Source: Telluribacter humicola (GTDB lineage: Bacteria > Bacteroidota > Bacteroidia > Cytophagales > Spirosomataceae). From it: a stretch of 64,000 nt of DNA. The stretch is from positions 33 to 64,032 of the forward strand of contig JBEBSD010000030.1 of assembly GCA_040394475.1 (NCBI GenBank), given 5' to 3'. Below the pieces are notes generated by a model. That model did not search any database. It had not been told where the DNA came from and was given only the letters and a program-made list of their open reading frames with translations. This document shows positions 53,881-63,400 of the stretch, piece by piece; the first letter of the stretch is position 1; the number at the start of each line of letters is the position of its first letter. Position numbers and translations under genes: made by a program.

Positions 53881-54082
53881 TGGGAAGCATGATGCCCCTC
53901 CGCATTGCCCCGCTTTTTCTCCGTTAACCGCGACATGCCGCGTGGTATCGCATGTTCGTCAGCAACTCTTGGACGTGTGTGCGTTCGAAGCAGTCGAAAT
54001 CCCTGGTAATGCCGGGCTTTCACACAAAAACCGCCAGAGATTTCGACCCGCAACCAGGGTGGATAATGTCTGCGTGAGTGAA

Positions 54083-55117
54083 TTACCGGGCAATGATAAC
54101 CTTATGCGCGTTGGATAGCCCGTCGGTACCGGTTATCCGGACTACATACGTGCCGGGCGCCAATGTCGTGATATCAACCGGTTTCGTATCCTGTATCCGG
54201 CGGACTGTTCTTCCGTTGATGTCCAGGAGCGCTACGTTGTTTACCCTGCTCCAGTCGCGGATTTCTACATGCAGCTCTTCGCTGACCGGATTCGGATAAA
54301 GTCTGACGAACTCCTTCACATAGCCGAATTCGAGACTCTCGATCGGACTGTAGGCAAAAGTGTTGTCGTTGTCGATGATTTTGAGCCGGTAATAATTGGT
54401 CCCGCTTACCGGACTGGTATCAGCGTAGGTGTACGAACGAAATGTTTTGCTTTCTCCGCCGGATTTCACGGTTCCGATCGTAGCCCAGTTTTTCGCATTA
54501 AGGCTGTGTTCTATTTCAAACCGGTCACTGTTGGCTTCTTCGGTGGTGGACCAGCGAAGATTTGCAGTATTTCCTTCTCTGATCGCCTCAAACGACACCA
54601 GCGATACGGGTAGCGCGGCGTCTTCGACGGTTACCCCGGAGATGGTCCAGTTGAATTGACCGTCGTCAACCCAGTCTCCGCCTATGTTGAACACTTGCGT
54701 GCCGACAGACCAGGCGGGGTTATCCCTTGGTGCAATCGCCCTGACCGGAATTTCAAAATAAGGATCTTCAGTGGTCCAATCCGATGAATTATAGAAAGTG
54801 AGATTGGTGGAGGTGGATGTCGGATCCATTTCCCATCCCTCCGGAATGGTAAACGATGCACCGGTCCAGGGTACCTGAGGAGCCAGAACGATGGTGAGCT
54901 GGGCGGTATAGGGCGGGATTACCCCGGAAGTCTTTCCTGCGGAAGAGTAGAAAATACCTTCGGCAGCCGGGTTGTTCCCATAGCCGGGAAAGTGCCCGGG
55001 TTCGTAGTTTCCGTAACCGGCATTGATGTCTATATTTTGCGCGTAGCTTCCGGTGATGCCCGATAAAAGAAGGCCGGCCAGTATCAATGCAAAACAAAAT
55101 CTTGTTTTTTTCATCAT
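54083..55117 (-). CDS. Secreted protein with T9SS C-terminal sorting domain
   Basis: The likely start is MMKKTRFCFALILAG at 55117 (track ORF to 55156). It has the motif LPVSLVSFEAIREGNTANLRWSTTEEANSDRFEIE. The C-terminal tail YPNPVSEELHVEI..LLDINGRTV..LAPGTYVVRI fits a Por/T9SS CTD. Confidence 0.75.
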   Translation of the reverse strand: MMKKTRFCFALILAGLLLSGITGSYAQNIDINAGYGNYEPGHFPGYGNNPAAEGIFYSSAGKTSGVIPPYTAQLTIVLAPQVPWTGASFTIPEGWEMDPTSTSTNLTFYNSSDWTTEDPYFEIPVRAIAPRDNPAWSVGTQVFNIGGDWVDDGQFNWTISGVTVEDAALPVSLVSFEAIREGNTANLRWSTTEEANSDRFEIEHSLNAKNWATIGTVKSGGESKTFRSYTYADTSPVSGTNYYRLKIIDNDNTFAYSPIESLEFGYVKEFVRLYPNPVSEELHVEIRDWSRVNNVALLDINGRTVRRIQDTKPVDITTLAPGTYVVRITGTDGLSNAHKVIIAR

Positions 55118-55152
55118 GATTACATTTACAGTTGATGAGATTTCCAAAACCC

Positions 55153-56526
55153 TCAATTCTTCAAGAGCTGGATAATCAGGTTGTTATTCACATTGTCTTC
55201 CAATGCTTCTCCGCCTGACAAGTCGGGAATGAAGACGCGTAAAGGATAGGCCCCCGTCGACGTTGCCGCTGCGACGGACACCGTAGCCGTGATGTTGTTG
55301 CCCAGCGGGGATGCTTCTATGTCACTGTCGGTCGTAAGGCTATAGTAAGTTCCCGAATTGGTGAGGGTCCACTCGGTGGCGGAGGCGCCGGTCAATGTGA
55401 CAACCGACGAAGGGGTCGGTTTGTAGATCCGCACAGTGATGGGGTCGGTAGCGGTCGTACCGGTCCGGACGTTCCGGATGCGGGCGGTAAATGGCCTTAC
55501 GGTTTCAGACGCGGTGAAATCGACGTTCGTCATGATGGTATATGGCCGAAGATCCGGCCCTGCTGCCGCGGGGGCAATGGAACCGATACCGATCTGGGTG
55601 ATCGAGGTGCCGCCTGGTACCGAGCCCGTCAGGGTGCTGTTTTCTGCCACACCCGAGGCGGTGGCAGCATTGCTCAGATCTACCCATTGCGAGCCGTTCC
55701 AGCCTACAAGCCGGAGATTGGAGGCCGTCGCTTCAAACCCGGCTACATTCGGAATGGAGACGGTTACGGAAAGCGCATTGGCGTTGGCAACGACCGGAAC
55801 CCAGTCCCAGCTTCCGCCTGTGAACACACGGTTGATCGGTGCAGTGACACTGCTCGTTGCTTCCGCAAGGTCTGTATCATAGGCCACGCTGATGTGGGCA
55901 TCGGCATTCGCGGGCGCAGCGATCTCCAAAGTCCTGGAATCATCGGCAGAGCCCACAGGGAACGTAAACGCACTGTTGCCGATTTTGGAGACATACCCGT
56001 CTACGTGCTGCTCATCCGTCAGTCCGCCGGTATAATCCGCGCCGGCCTGGAAACGCAAAGCGCCTGCCTGGCCGTTCGGACGGACCGTGGTCGTGATACC
56101 GTTTTCAAAAGTGGCTGTAGTAAACACATTGGCGCCCGCCGTATTGGTGATGTTGAACAGGCTGGCCGCCCCGTTTTTCAGCACCAGTGTCGAGAAATTG
56201 GGGGCAACACTCCCGCCTACACCCTGCGCACCGGCTACACCCAGCGGGCCGTTGAAGTTATCCGTACTGCCGCCGGTTCCGTTAGCGTTCCAGGCATTGT
56301 CGACACGGAGTGCGTCCGCATCCGATTCGTTGTGATCGAAGGTAGCTCCCAGGCCCGCTTCGTACGCAGAACCTGCTGCGGCAGTAGCCGTTGTGTAGGT
56401 ATCGTAGCTGCTGGTGTACCCGTAGTTGCTGTAACTGGTCCCGTCGATCACCAGCTGGGCACGGGCCTGCCGGTAACCCAGCAGTAGCAGGCCAACCAGC
56501 ATCAGGTTGATATATTGTTTTTTCAT
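55153..56526 (-). CDS. Secreted Thr/Ala/Gly-rich protein of unknown function (adhesin-like)
   Basis: 457 aa. Signal peptide ending ARAQ. Low-complexity beta-rich sequence. Co-oriented with, and closely spaced to, both flanking secreted-protein genes. Confidence 0.5.
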   Translation of the reverse strand: MKKQYINLMLVGLLLLGYRQARAQLVIDGTSYSNYGYTSSYDTYTTATAAAGSAYEAGLGATFDHNESDADALRVDNAWNANGTGGSTDNFNGPLGVAGAQGVGGSVAPNFSTLVLKNGAASLFNITNTAGANVFTTATFENGITTTVRPNGQAGALRFQAGADYTGGLTDEQHVDGYVSKIGNSAFTFPVGSADDSRTLEIAAPANADAHISVAYDTDLAEATSSVTAPINRVFTGGSWDWVPVVANANALSVTVSIPNVAGFEATASNLRLVGWNGSQWVDLSNAATASGVAENSTLTGSVPGGTSITQIGIGSIAPAAAGPDLRPYTIMTNVDFTASETVRPFTARIRNVRTGTTATDPITVRIYKPTPSSVVTLTGASATEWTLTNSGTYYSLTTDSDIEASPLGNNITATVSVAAATSTGAYPLRVFIPDLSGGEALEDNVNNNLIIQLLKN

Positions 56527-56569
56527 TGGTTCTTTGATTTTTGAGTTAATCCTCCTTCATCATCTGTTT

Positions 56570-57307
56570 TTAAAACTTATACAGTGTAAAGGATGAGGCA
56601 AAAGGATAAATTATAATATTGGCAGTATTGGAATTCATTGAATTTGTTCCATAGGTGTGAAATGTAATTTTAATTTGATCCCCTGCCTTCAGGAATGCAC
56701 TGCCGCTCACAATGTTATGATAATTGACTTGCCCGGCGGGAATTGTTAAACCCCTGGTTACTGTTTTTGAGTCGCCGGATATTGCAACAAATGTTTCGCT
56801 GCCGTTTGGTTTCACGTTAAGCCAAGTATTGTATTGCCCGGCATTTCCATCAAAGGTCGAAGTACCCTGATTGATCAATCGTATACGTCCGTAAGCAACA
56901 TAGAACCCATCCTCGGCAATTGTTATGATGCCCGTTGCAGGGTCATGCAGGTTATTCGCATCAGAAACTTCATTAGTAAGGATCAGATCAGTAATGACGT
57001 TATTTGCCCAATCCCCATTCCCATAAACAAGATTGGCTCCCCCCATACCTAGTGAAACAAGCGGCGCCGTAAAACCAGGCGCGTCCGGGTCCAGGTATCC
57101 CCCCGGCTGCCAGCTGGCAATGCCATTTGCATCGGAGGTCAACACTTTACCGCTGCCTTGGCTTCCGTCCTCAATCGCCACATTTCCCAGTACATGAAGC
57201 TTGGCGGCAGGGGTACTGGTGCCAATTCCTACATTACCGGTTTGCGCGAGAGCTGCCGATCCGGCAAAAAATAAAAACGCAGATGCAGCGTAAATTAACT
57301 TTTTCAT
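56570..57307 (-). CDS. Secreted protein with tail-fibre-like N-terminal motif
   Basis: 245 aa with a signal peptide, then QTGNVGIGTSTPAAKLHVLGNVAI..GKVLTSDANGIASWQ, a motif I associate with Bacteroidota tail-fibre/C1q-like surface proteins. Confidence 0.45.
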   Translation of the reverse strand: MKKLIYAASAFLFFAGSAALAQTGNVGIGTSTPAAKLHVLGNVAIEDGSQGSGKVLTSDANGIASWQPGGYLDPDAPGFTAPLVSLGMGGANLVYGNGDWANNVITDLILTNEVSDANNLHDPATGIITIAEDGFYVAYGRIRLINQGTSTFDGNAGQYNTWLNVKPNGSETFVAISGDSKTVTRGLTIPAGQVNYHNIVSGSAFLKAGDQIKITFHTYGTNSMNSNTANIIIYPFASSFTLYKF

Positions 57308-57880
57308 AATACGTAAGATTTAAGTGATTAATTGTTTTGAAAATTTAATTGAAAGGGCATACGTCTGATATATAACTTACCAGATGAGGTGTTAATAGTT
57401 GTCGTTCCGTAGGGTATTTTGGCTGAATTACAGGATGATTACGTTATGAATTTATAGAAAATAACGGAGGGTATTTCTTTTAAATAGTAAGCGTAACTAC
57501 TTAAAAAAATCCAACGGAACAGATGGTAATAAGATGAATTGTCTACTGCATGGTCTGCCCGAGTACTTTGTGTAATTTCCGGTAGAAAAAAATGATTGAT
57601 CCTTTCTGACATGATCTTATTCTGAGATAACAATAGTAAATACCGGGCACAATACCTTCACGTAAACCGATAGTGGCTCACTGCACAACAGCATTAATTG
57701 TATAATTGCTGTCGTGAGAATGTCTAGATGCTTCCTGACAAAGTAATGGAAATAATTCGATGAATCGGATGGCGATAAATGGCAGCTTTATCGTCTATCG
57801 ATGGTACTTATTGTACCAAAATTTAGCTCCTTCTATAGAAAAATGGATTGCCTGTGCAAATTGTGCGCCGTCCTCGTCGT

Positions 57881-58002
57881 GGTTCGTGGTTCGACAGGCT
57901 CACCATGCCAGGCTCACCATGCCAGGCTCACCATGAGGGGCTCACCATGACGTGAAGAAGCCGGCAATCAGCAACCGCCCATTCCCCGTTCCCCATTGCC
58001 TG
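57881..58002. repeat. Family D-like 15-bp tandem repeat plus family C motif
   Basis: GGTTCGTGGTTCGACAGGCTCACCATGC, then CAGGCTCACCATGC iterated, then ACCGCCCATTCCCCGTTCCCCATTGCC (compare 49808-49840). Confidence 0.9.
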
Positions 58003-58083
58003 ACGTCACCGCGTGGCGAACCGTCCTCGCTCGTCGAAAGACCGGGTTTCGACAGGCTCAACCAACTGATTTCGACTCCGCCA

Positions 58084-58707
58084 TTAAACCAAGTGATCAA
58101 AGTGTTTAACCAGGTCTACAACACTGTTAACCTTAAGTTTTTCGAAAATGCGGCGTTTGACGGTACTGACGGTGGAGGGCTTGAGATTCAAAATGCTGCC
58201 GACACTGGATGAAGCATGACCTTGTACCAGCAGTTGTGTAATCTCTGTTTCTCTTTTGGAGAGTTTGTTTACTTTTAATTTCAGACTTTTTGTTGAGAAC
58301 AATTCCTGAATAATCATTTCCTGGACATCGCTGCTGACAAATCTCCTGGAACTCTGGACAACTTCCAATGCTTCAAAAAACTGCTCTGTTGTACAAACTT
58401 TAGACAAGAATCCATTAACGCCCTTTTCCAGGAATGACAGTGCATGCATTCGCTCATCGTATCCTGAAAACATCAGTATCTTAACATCTTTTTGCCGGTC
58501 ACGGATTTGTCCGATCATTTTTGAGGATTGACCACCCGGAATATTAATGCCCAACAAGATCAAATCAAACCGTTCCCTACCGAGCAATTCCAACGCCTGC
58601 GGCAGGGTGCTGGCTTCGCGGACAGTGGCGGAAAGCCTTTCGTTTATCAACGTGACCATGCCCACCCGGGCCAGCATGTGGTCGTCAACAATGAGGTAGT
58701 TTTTCAT
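58084..58707 (-). CDS. LuxR/NarL-type response regulator with Gly in place of the phospho-acceptor Asp
   Basis: The real start is MKNYLIVDDH at 58707; the 328-aa track ORF is an upstream read-through across repeats. The receiver domain keeps DD (IVDDH), S (MFSGY) and K (FLSK), but beta-3 reads DLILLGINIPG (Gly codon at 58549-58551). The C-terminus has a LuxR HTH (LSKRETEITQLLVQG). Confidence 0.85.
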   Translation of the reverse strand: MKNYLIVDDHMLARVGMVTLINERLSATVREASTLPQALELLGRERFDLILLGINIPGGQSSKMIGQIRDRQKDVKILMFSGYDERMHALSFLEKGVNGFLSKVCTTEQFFEALEVVQSSRRFVSSDVQEMIIQELFSTKSLKLKVNKLSKRETEITQLLVQGHASSSVGSILNLKPSTVSTVKRRIFEKLKVNSVVDLVKHFDHLV

Positions 58708-58737
58708 TTCGATAAAAATTGGTTTTTTATGTTTTCG

Positions 58738-58935
58738 TCCATGGTCTGTGTCCCACAGACCATTTTGGATACCGGCCAGTAAACAGTGGCCTGTGAAGAC
58801 ACAGTCCACGGTACGGCCCGTAAACAGTGGCCTGTAAAGACAAAGTCCACGGTACGGCCCGTGTCTCCAACCACCGACCTCCGTTTGGCTGACAGCCGAC
58901 TTCTGATAGCTGACTTCCGATAGCCGATAGCCGAT
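58738..58935 (-). repeat. Family A composite (reverse orientation) followed by family B (reverse)
   Basis: CCATGGTCTGTGTCCCACAGACCATTTTGG, then two copies of AACAGTGGCCTGTRAAGACAMAGTCCACGGTACGGCCCG, then GCCGACTTCTGATAGCTGACTTCCGATAGCCGATAGCCGAT. Confidence 0.9.
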
Positions 58936-58954
58936 CTCCACCCTCCGCCCGCCC

Positions 58955-59377
58955 CTACCTGCCATTCGAGTTAATTTGATCCGGACCGCCATAACCTCCG
59001 CCTGATTGGTCAAGCCGGAATTGTTGTAAAATCTGATTCTTTTTCTCGATGATAATTTTTTGATTCTCAACCACCTCCATCAGCTGGGCAATCACGGTTT
59101 CGTAGTGCTTTTCTACGGAGGAGCCTACCGGGTCGGGTTGAGAGCGACCCGGTTTGTCGGGCGGGAAGAGCGGTTCCAGAAGCGTTGATAAATCGACGTC
59201 CAGCGCATCCGCGATAGCGCCTATTAATTGCAGGTCAAGCTGCTTTCTTTCCCCTCTTTCAAGTCGCGCATAATTCCGCGGACCAATGTTCAGTTTAAGG
59301 GCCATGTCTCTTTGCGACATACCGGCTGTTTCCCGGAGAAACTTGATATGTTGTCGTATAAGACCATCGGTTTGCAT
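58955..59377 (-). CDS. XRE-family HTH protein (paralog 1)
   Basis: The start is MQTDGLIRQHIKFLRETAGMSQRDMALKLNIGPRNYARLERGERK at 59377 (the track ORF extends further upstream). It has a C-terminal helical tail. Confidence 0.75.
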   Translation of the reverse strand: MQTDGLIRQHIKFLRETAGMSQRDMALKLNIGPRNYARLERGERKQLDLQLIGAIADALDVDLSTLLEPLFPPDKPGRSQPDPVGSSVEKHYETVIAQLMEVVENQKIIIEKKNQILQQFRLDQSGGGYGGPDQINSNGR

Positions 59378-59442
59378 AAATGGGCAGGTTAAAGGTGAGA
59401 ATAAGTAAATCGTTGTCCAACGGGATACCACCGTTGACCGGT

Positions 59443-59862
59443 TCAGATTTTGTAAACATCGTTGTATAGGCCGGTCGCGCGGGGACATTCCCCGAGGGAC
59501 CAGGTTAACGCACGGATGATCAATTGCTGACTCTTGATGATGGACAGCAGCTGCCGTGTGGTAAGTACATACTGGCATTCCAGCTGCGAAGCGTCTTCAC
59601 AGACTTTGTCATGCGGCTTGTTTGCAACAGGCTTACTCTTCAGGGTTTGCGCCAGCGGCTGAAGCAAAATGGCCAGGTCAATTCCCAATGTGACTGAGAT
59701 CGCCTGTACGAGCGCCAGGTCAATTCGCTTTTTCCCTCCCCTTTCCAGGTTTCCATAATTTTTTTCATCGATGTTCAGCCGGGTTGCTACCTCTTTTTGA
59801 GACAAACCGGAGGTCTCCCTTAAGGATTTGATATGACGTGCGATTGGTATAACGATTTCCAT
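59443..59862 (-). CDS. XRE-family HTH protein (paralog 2)
   Basis: 139 aa. IARHIKSLRETSGLSQKEVATRLNIDEKNYGNLERGGKK is collinear with, and clearly paralogous to, the gene 65 nt downstream. Confidence 0.8.
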   Translation of the reverse strand: MEIVIPIARHIKSLRETSGLSQKEVATRLNIDEKNYGNLERGGKKRIDLALVQAISVTLGIDLAILLQPLAQTLKSKPVANKPHDKVCEDASQLECQYVLTTRQLLSIIKSQQLIIRALTWSLGECPRATGLYNDVYKI

Positions 59863-60030
59863 CTGAGTTTACGTTGTGTCTTTCGAATATTTTCGAGAAC
59901 AGTCGGGCGGGTTTTGAGTGATTAAATCGAACAAATTCGTACTCTGGCGATACTGTTTACTCCCCGCTGAAAGGCAGCCCGCTACGGATGTTTTGATCGG
60001 CTCTCAAAATTGAGATGTTTTTTTAGTTTA

Positions 60031-60325
60031 GAGGGGGTCTGTTTTTAGCTAAAAAGGGGTCATATCCTGTTTTTTGACACACCGTCTTGCGAAGCGGGTT
60101 TCTTCCGGTCTGGCAAGGGGGGCTGTCAATTCAAAAAGGGGTATGCTTTTTGTCATCTTAATTGTTGTGATTTTATGTTGGTGTCGACAGTATTTATTGG
60201 GGTTGAACGAAGTTCTCTTGATCTATTATGTAGTATATCATCACTCATAGAAGGCGACAGCGGATCATTTGAAAGTCGACAAGGGGGTGGTGGTTTGTCG
60301 AAGTAGGGGTATTAGTTTGTCAGGC
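60031..60325. promoter_or_regulatory. Iterated GGGGT-N(3-9)-TTTGTCA-like motif array in a divergent intergenic region
   Basis: AGAGGGGGTCTGTTTTT, AAAAAGGGGTCATATCCTGTTTTTTGACA, GGGGGGCTGTCAA, AAAAAGGGGTATGCTTTTTGTCA, AAGGGGGTGGTGGTTTGTCG, TAGGGGTATTAGTTTGTCA. Confidence 0.35.
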
Positions 60326-60439
60326 AGTGAATTTTCTCCATCCGGCGCAACACACCCAGTTGGAATCACGAGTGGATGCACTTAATTTTAGAACAGAAAT
60401 TTTGGTAAATTCGGACGATGTACTTTATATAGTGTAATT

Positions 60440-63400
60440 TTGAAATATCCTGCTGTTTTTTTCTGCCTGACATCCTTTTGGGTTGTACAATTCCATGTGG
60501 GAGCACAAGCGATCTTCCATCATTTAACGACTCAGGAGGGAGCGCCGGCAAATAGCACTGTCATTAAGATTATAGAGGACCGGGAGGGATTGATGTGGTT
60601 TGGCACCACGGACGGACTCTTTCGATTTGACTCCCGCGTTTTTAAAAAATATGTGTATGATTCCGAAAACAGCCGGTCCATTACGACAAGCTATATACAG
60701 GACATCATTTGTGATTCGCACGATGACCTTTGGATTGCCGCACCGAATGGCCTGACCCGGTATAACAAGACCAGCGATACCTTTACCAGCTTTAGGCATG
60801 ATCCGGAAAATGCAAATTCATTGAGCAGTGACCGGATCTATACGATTCTTGAGGATAGTCAGGGCGGTTTCTGGGTCGGAACCGGCAAGGGACTGAATTA
60901 TCTGACCATCGAAGGGGCGGACGTTCAGGTTACCCGATATCGGCTCACTGATAATCAAAGCGATTCTGTAAGAGTGCGAAGCCTGGCGGAGGGACCAGAC
61001 GGGACACTTTGGATAGGAACCTGGTCAGGCCTCGTCCGTATGCGGAAAGACGGTACCTTTCGTACAACGTTCGACTATGCAGAGAAAGGTAAATACCCAT
61101 CAAAAAATATATTTAATACTATTTATGCAGGTGAAAACAACACTATTTGGTTGGCGCCGAGAAGCGGGGGACTGTTCCGGTTCGATGTTTTAACACAGAC
61201 ATTGCGGATGGTTCCTGATTTTAAAACAGCCGATAATGCCTTTCCTGAAGTGACACGGATCGTTCCGGATAAGCAAAATGGTTTTTGGATTGCAACCACA
61301 TCCGGTCTTGCGCACCTGGATACACTTCATCGGCATTGCCATTGGTATACCAATAAACATATGAACCCGAACAGCCTGTCGGACAATGCCCTTTTGGGCC
61401 TTTGCATGGACCGCCAGGGAGGTGTCTGGCTGGGTACTTATAATGCGGGAGTCGATTATTTCTATCCGGGGTCTGTCGACGCTTTTGTATCTCCGGTGTT
61501 TTGGGATAGTGCTGCTACCCAACCATTTGACGCTGCCTGGGTGGGCAGACATAAGAGGAGGGGGTTGTGGGCGGTGTCGGAAGACCGCCGGAAAATTGTG
61601 TTCATGGATCCGGGGACAAAAAAACAAGCTGTATTTTCCATTTCCTTAACTTCACCCAATACCTATAATTCCTTTTATGTCGATAGCAGCGGCGTCGTCT
61701 GGGCCGGAGGCGAGGCCATTCTTAGCGGCTATGATCTGAACAAAGGAGAAATGAAGGAATACCCGCTGCGCGTTACTGGTAATTCGCTGAAGGGGAGAAT
61801 TTATAGTATCTATGAAGACCGCACAGGCAGGCTGTGGGTGGGGGGAGCGTTCGGCCTTTTGCTTTTCGACAGAAGGAGAGGCCTGTTTCAGGAGGTTTAT
61901 AAAAGTGACGGAACCAGCCTGTCTGCTGTTTCGTTAAGAGTCACCGCTATTTTCGAGGACTCCGGGAAAAATCTTTGGGTAGGGGGAGCGGCCGAGGTCT
62001 ACGTTTCAAGACCGGGGGCAAAGGGTTTTGAGCGGATTCAAGTGGATCAAAGTGCCGATCCGAGTAGGCTTGCGACCATCAGTGCGATTAGGGAAGATAT
62101 CTCGGACCGCTTGTGGTTTGGAACGGGAAGCGCCGGGCTGCAAGTATACGATCCTGTTTTAAATCGTGTAAGCGGTTATCATCACGGCGAGAAAATTCCT
62201 GTTGACGAAGCTTTCGATATCCTAACCGATCGATCGGGATTCATATGGATCAATGATCAGCGAGGAGGATTAACCAGGTATCATCCCGATACCCGGAACA
62301 CGCAGCAATACGATTATATGGATGGATTGCCTTCCAATCAGGTAAAGGCTTCCGCCGGTTTTCAGGATGTCGACGGAACCCTGTATTTCGGAACGACAAA
62401 AGGAGTAGTTGGTTTCAATCCAATTGCAATTAGGATCAACAGCCACCCGGCGCCCCTGCTATTTTCGTCTCTGAAACTCTTTAATGAACCGGTCAATGTG
62501 GGAGACGAAACAGGAATTCTAAACCAGTCACTGCCTGCCAGTACAGGGATTGAGCTCCGCCATGACCAGAATATTTTCACGCTGGAGTTCGCAGCATTGA
62601 ACTACATACGGCCTGATAAAAACAGGTATGCCTTCCGGTTAGAGGGATTTGAAAAACAGTGGAACTATAGCAGCAATCCTTCGGCTACCTATATGAACCT
62701 CTCGCCGGGCAGCTATACGTTCCTGATAAAGGCGGCCAATAACGACGGATACTGGAGCGAAAATCCTGCCCGGCTCGCGGTTGCCATTCTGCCGCCCTGG
62801 TGGCAAACATGGTATGCTTACCTGGCCTATCTGCTGATGACAATAGCACTGGTTTATGCGATTACTCGGTTTTTCTGGATACGGAGTTCGTTCAGGAAAG
62901 AAAGTGAACTTTACCAGGCGAAACTCGATTTTTTTACCAATGTTTCCCATGAGATACGCACCCACCTGGCCCTGATCGGCGGACCGCTTCAAAAAGTTTT
63001 TCAATCGCCCTCCATAGATGCCGACAACCGGAATTTGTTGGGGTATGCGAAGCGGAATTCTGATAATTTAATGGCATTGGTGAACGAATTATTGACATTC
63101 CGGAAAATGGAAAGCGGGGATGTCACTCTGCGGGTAAGTGAAGAAAATTTGGTGGATAACATTAAAATGGTTCACGCTGCGTTTGAGCATGCTTTCAGGG
63201 AAAAACACATAGAGACGCAATTGGAATTCCCCGGAAACAAGATCAGCCTTTGGTACGATGCATCCCAGATGCAGAAAGTGTTCTATAACCTGCTGGGCAA
63301 TGCCTGCAAGTTTACGCCGGAGGGGGGCAGGGTGCGGGTCCTGGTAGCAGAAGACGACAGGCGGGTGCGAGTTACGATAGCAGACAACGGAAGGGGGATA

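Noticed and set aside
57439-57633. 64-aa minus-strand ORF in the A+T-rich tract upstream of the secreted-protein cluster
   Set aside because: It is an isolated ORF in promoter-like A+T-rich DNA, has no family resemblance, and its length is at the chance level for this composition.
58708-59070. N-terminal 121-residue extension of the response-regulator ORF (track ORF 58084-59070)
   Set aside because: The extension is a read-through of family A/B repeats that happen to lack stops. The canonical receiver N-terminus MKNYLIVDDH starts at 58707.
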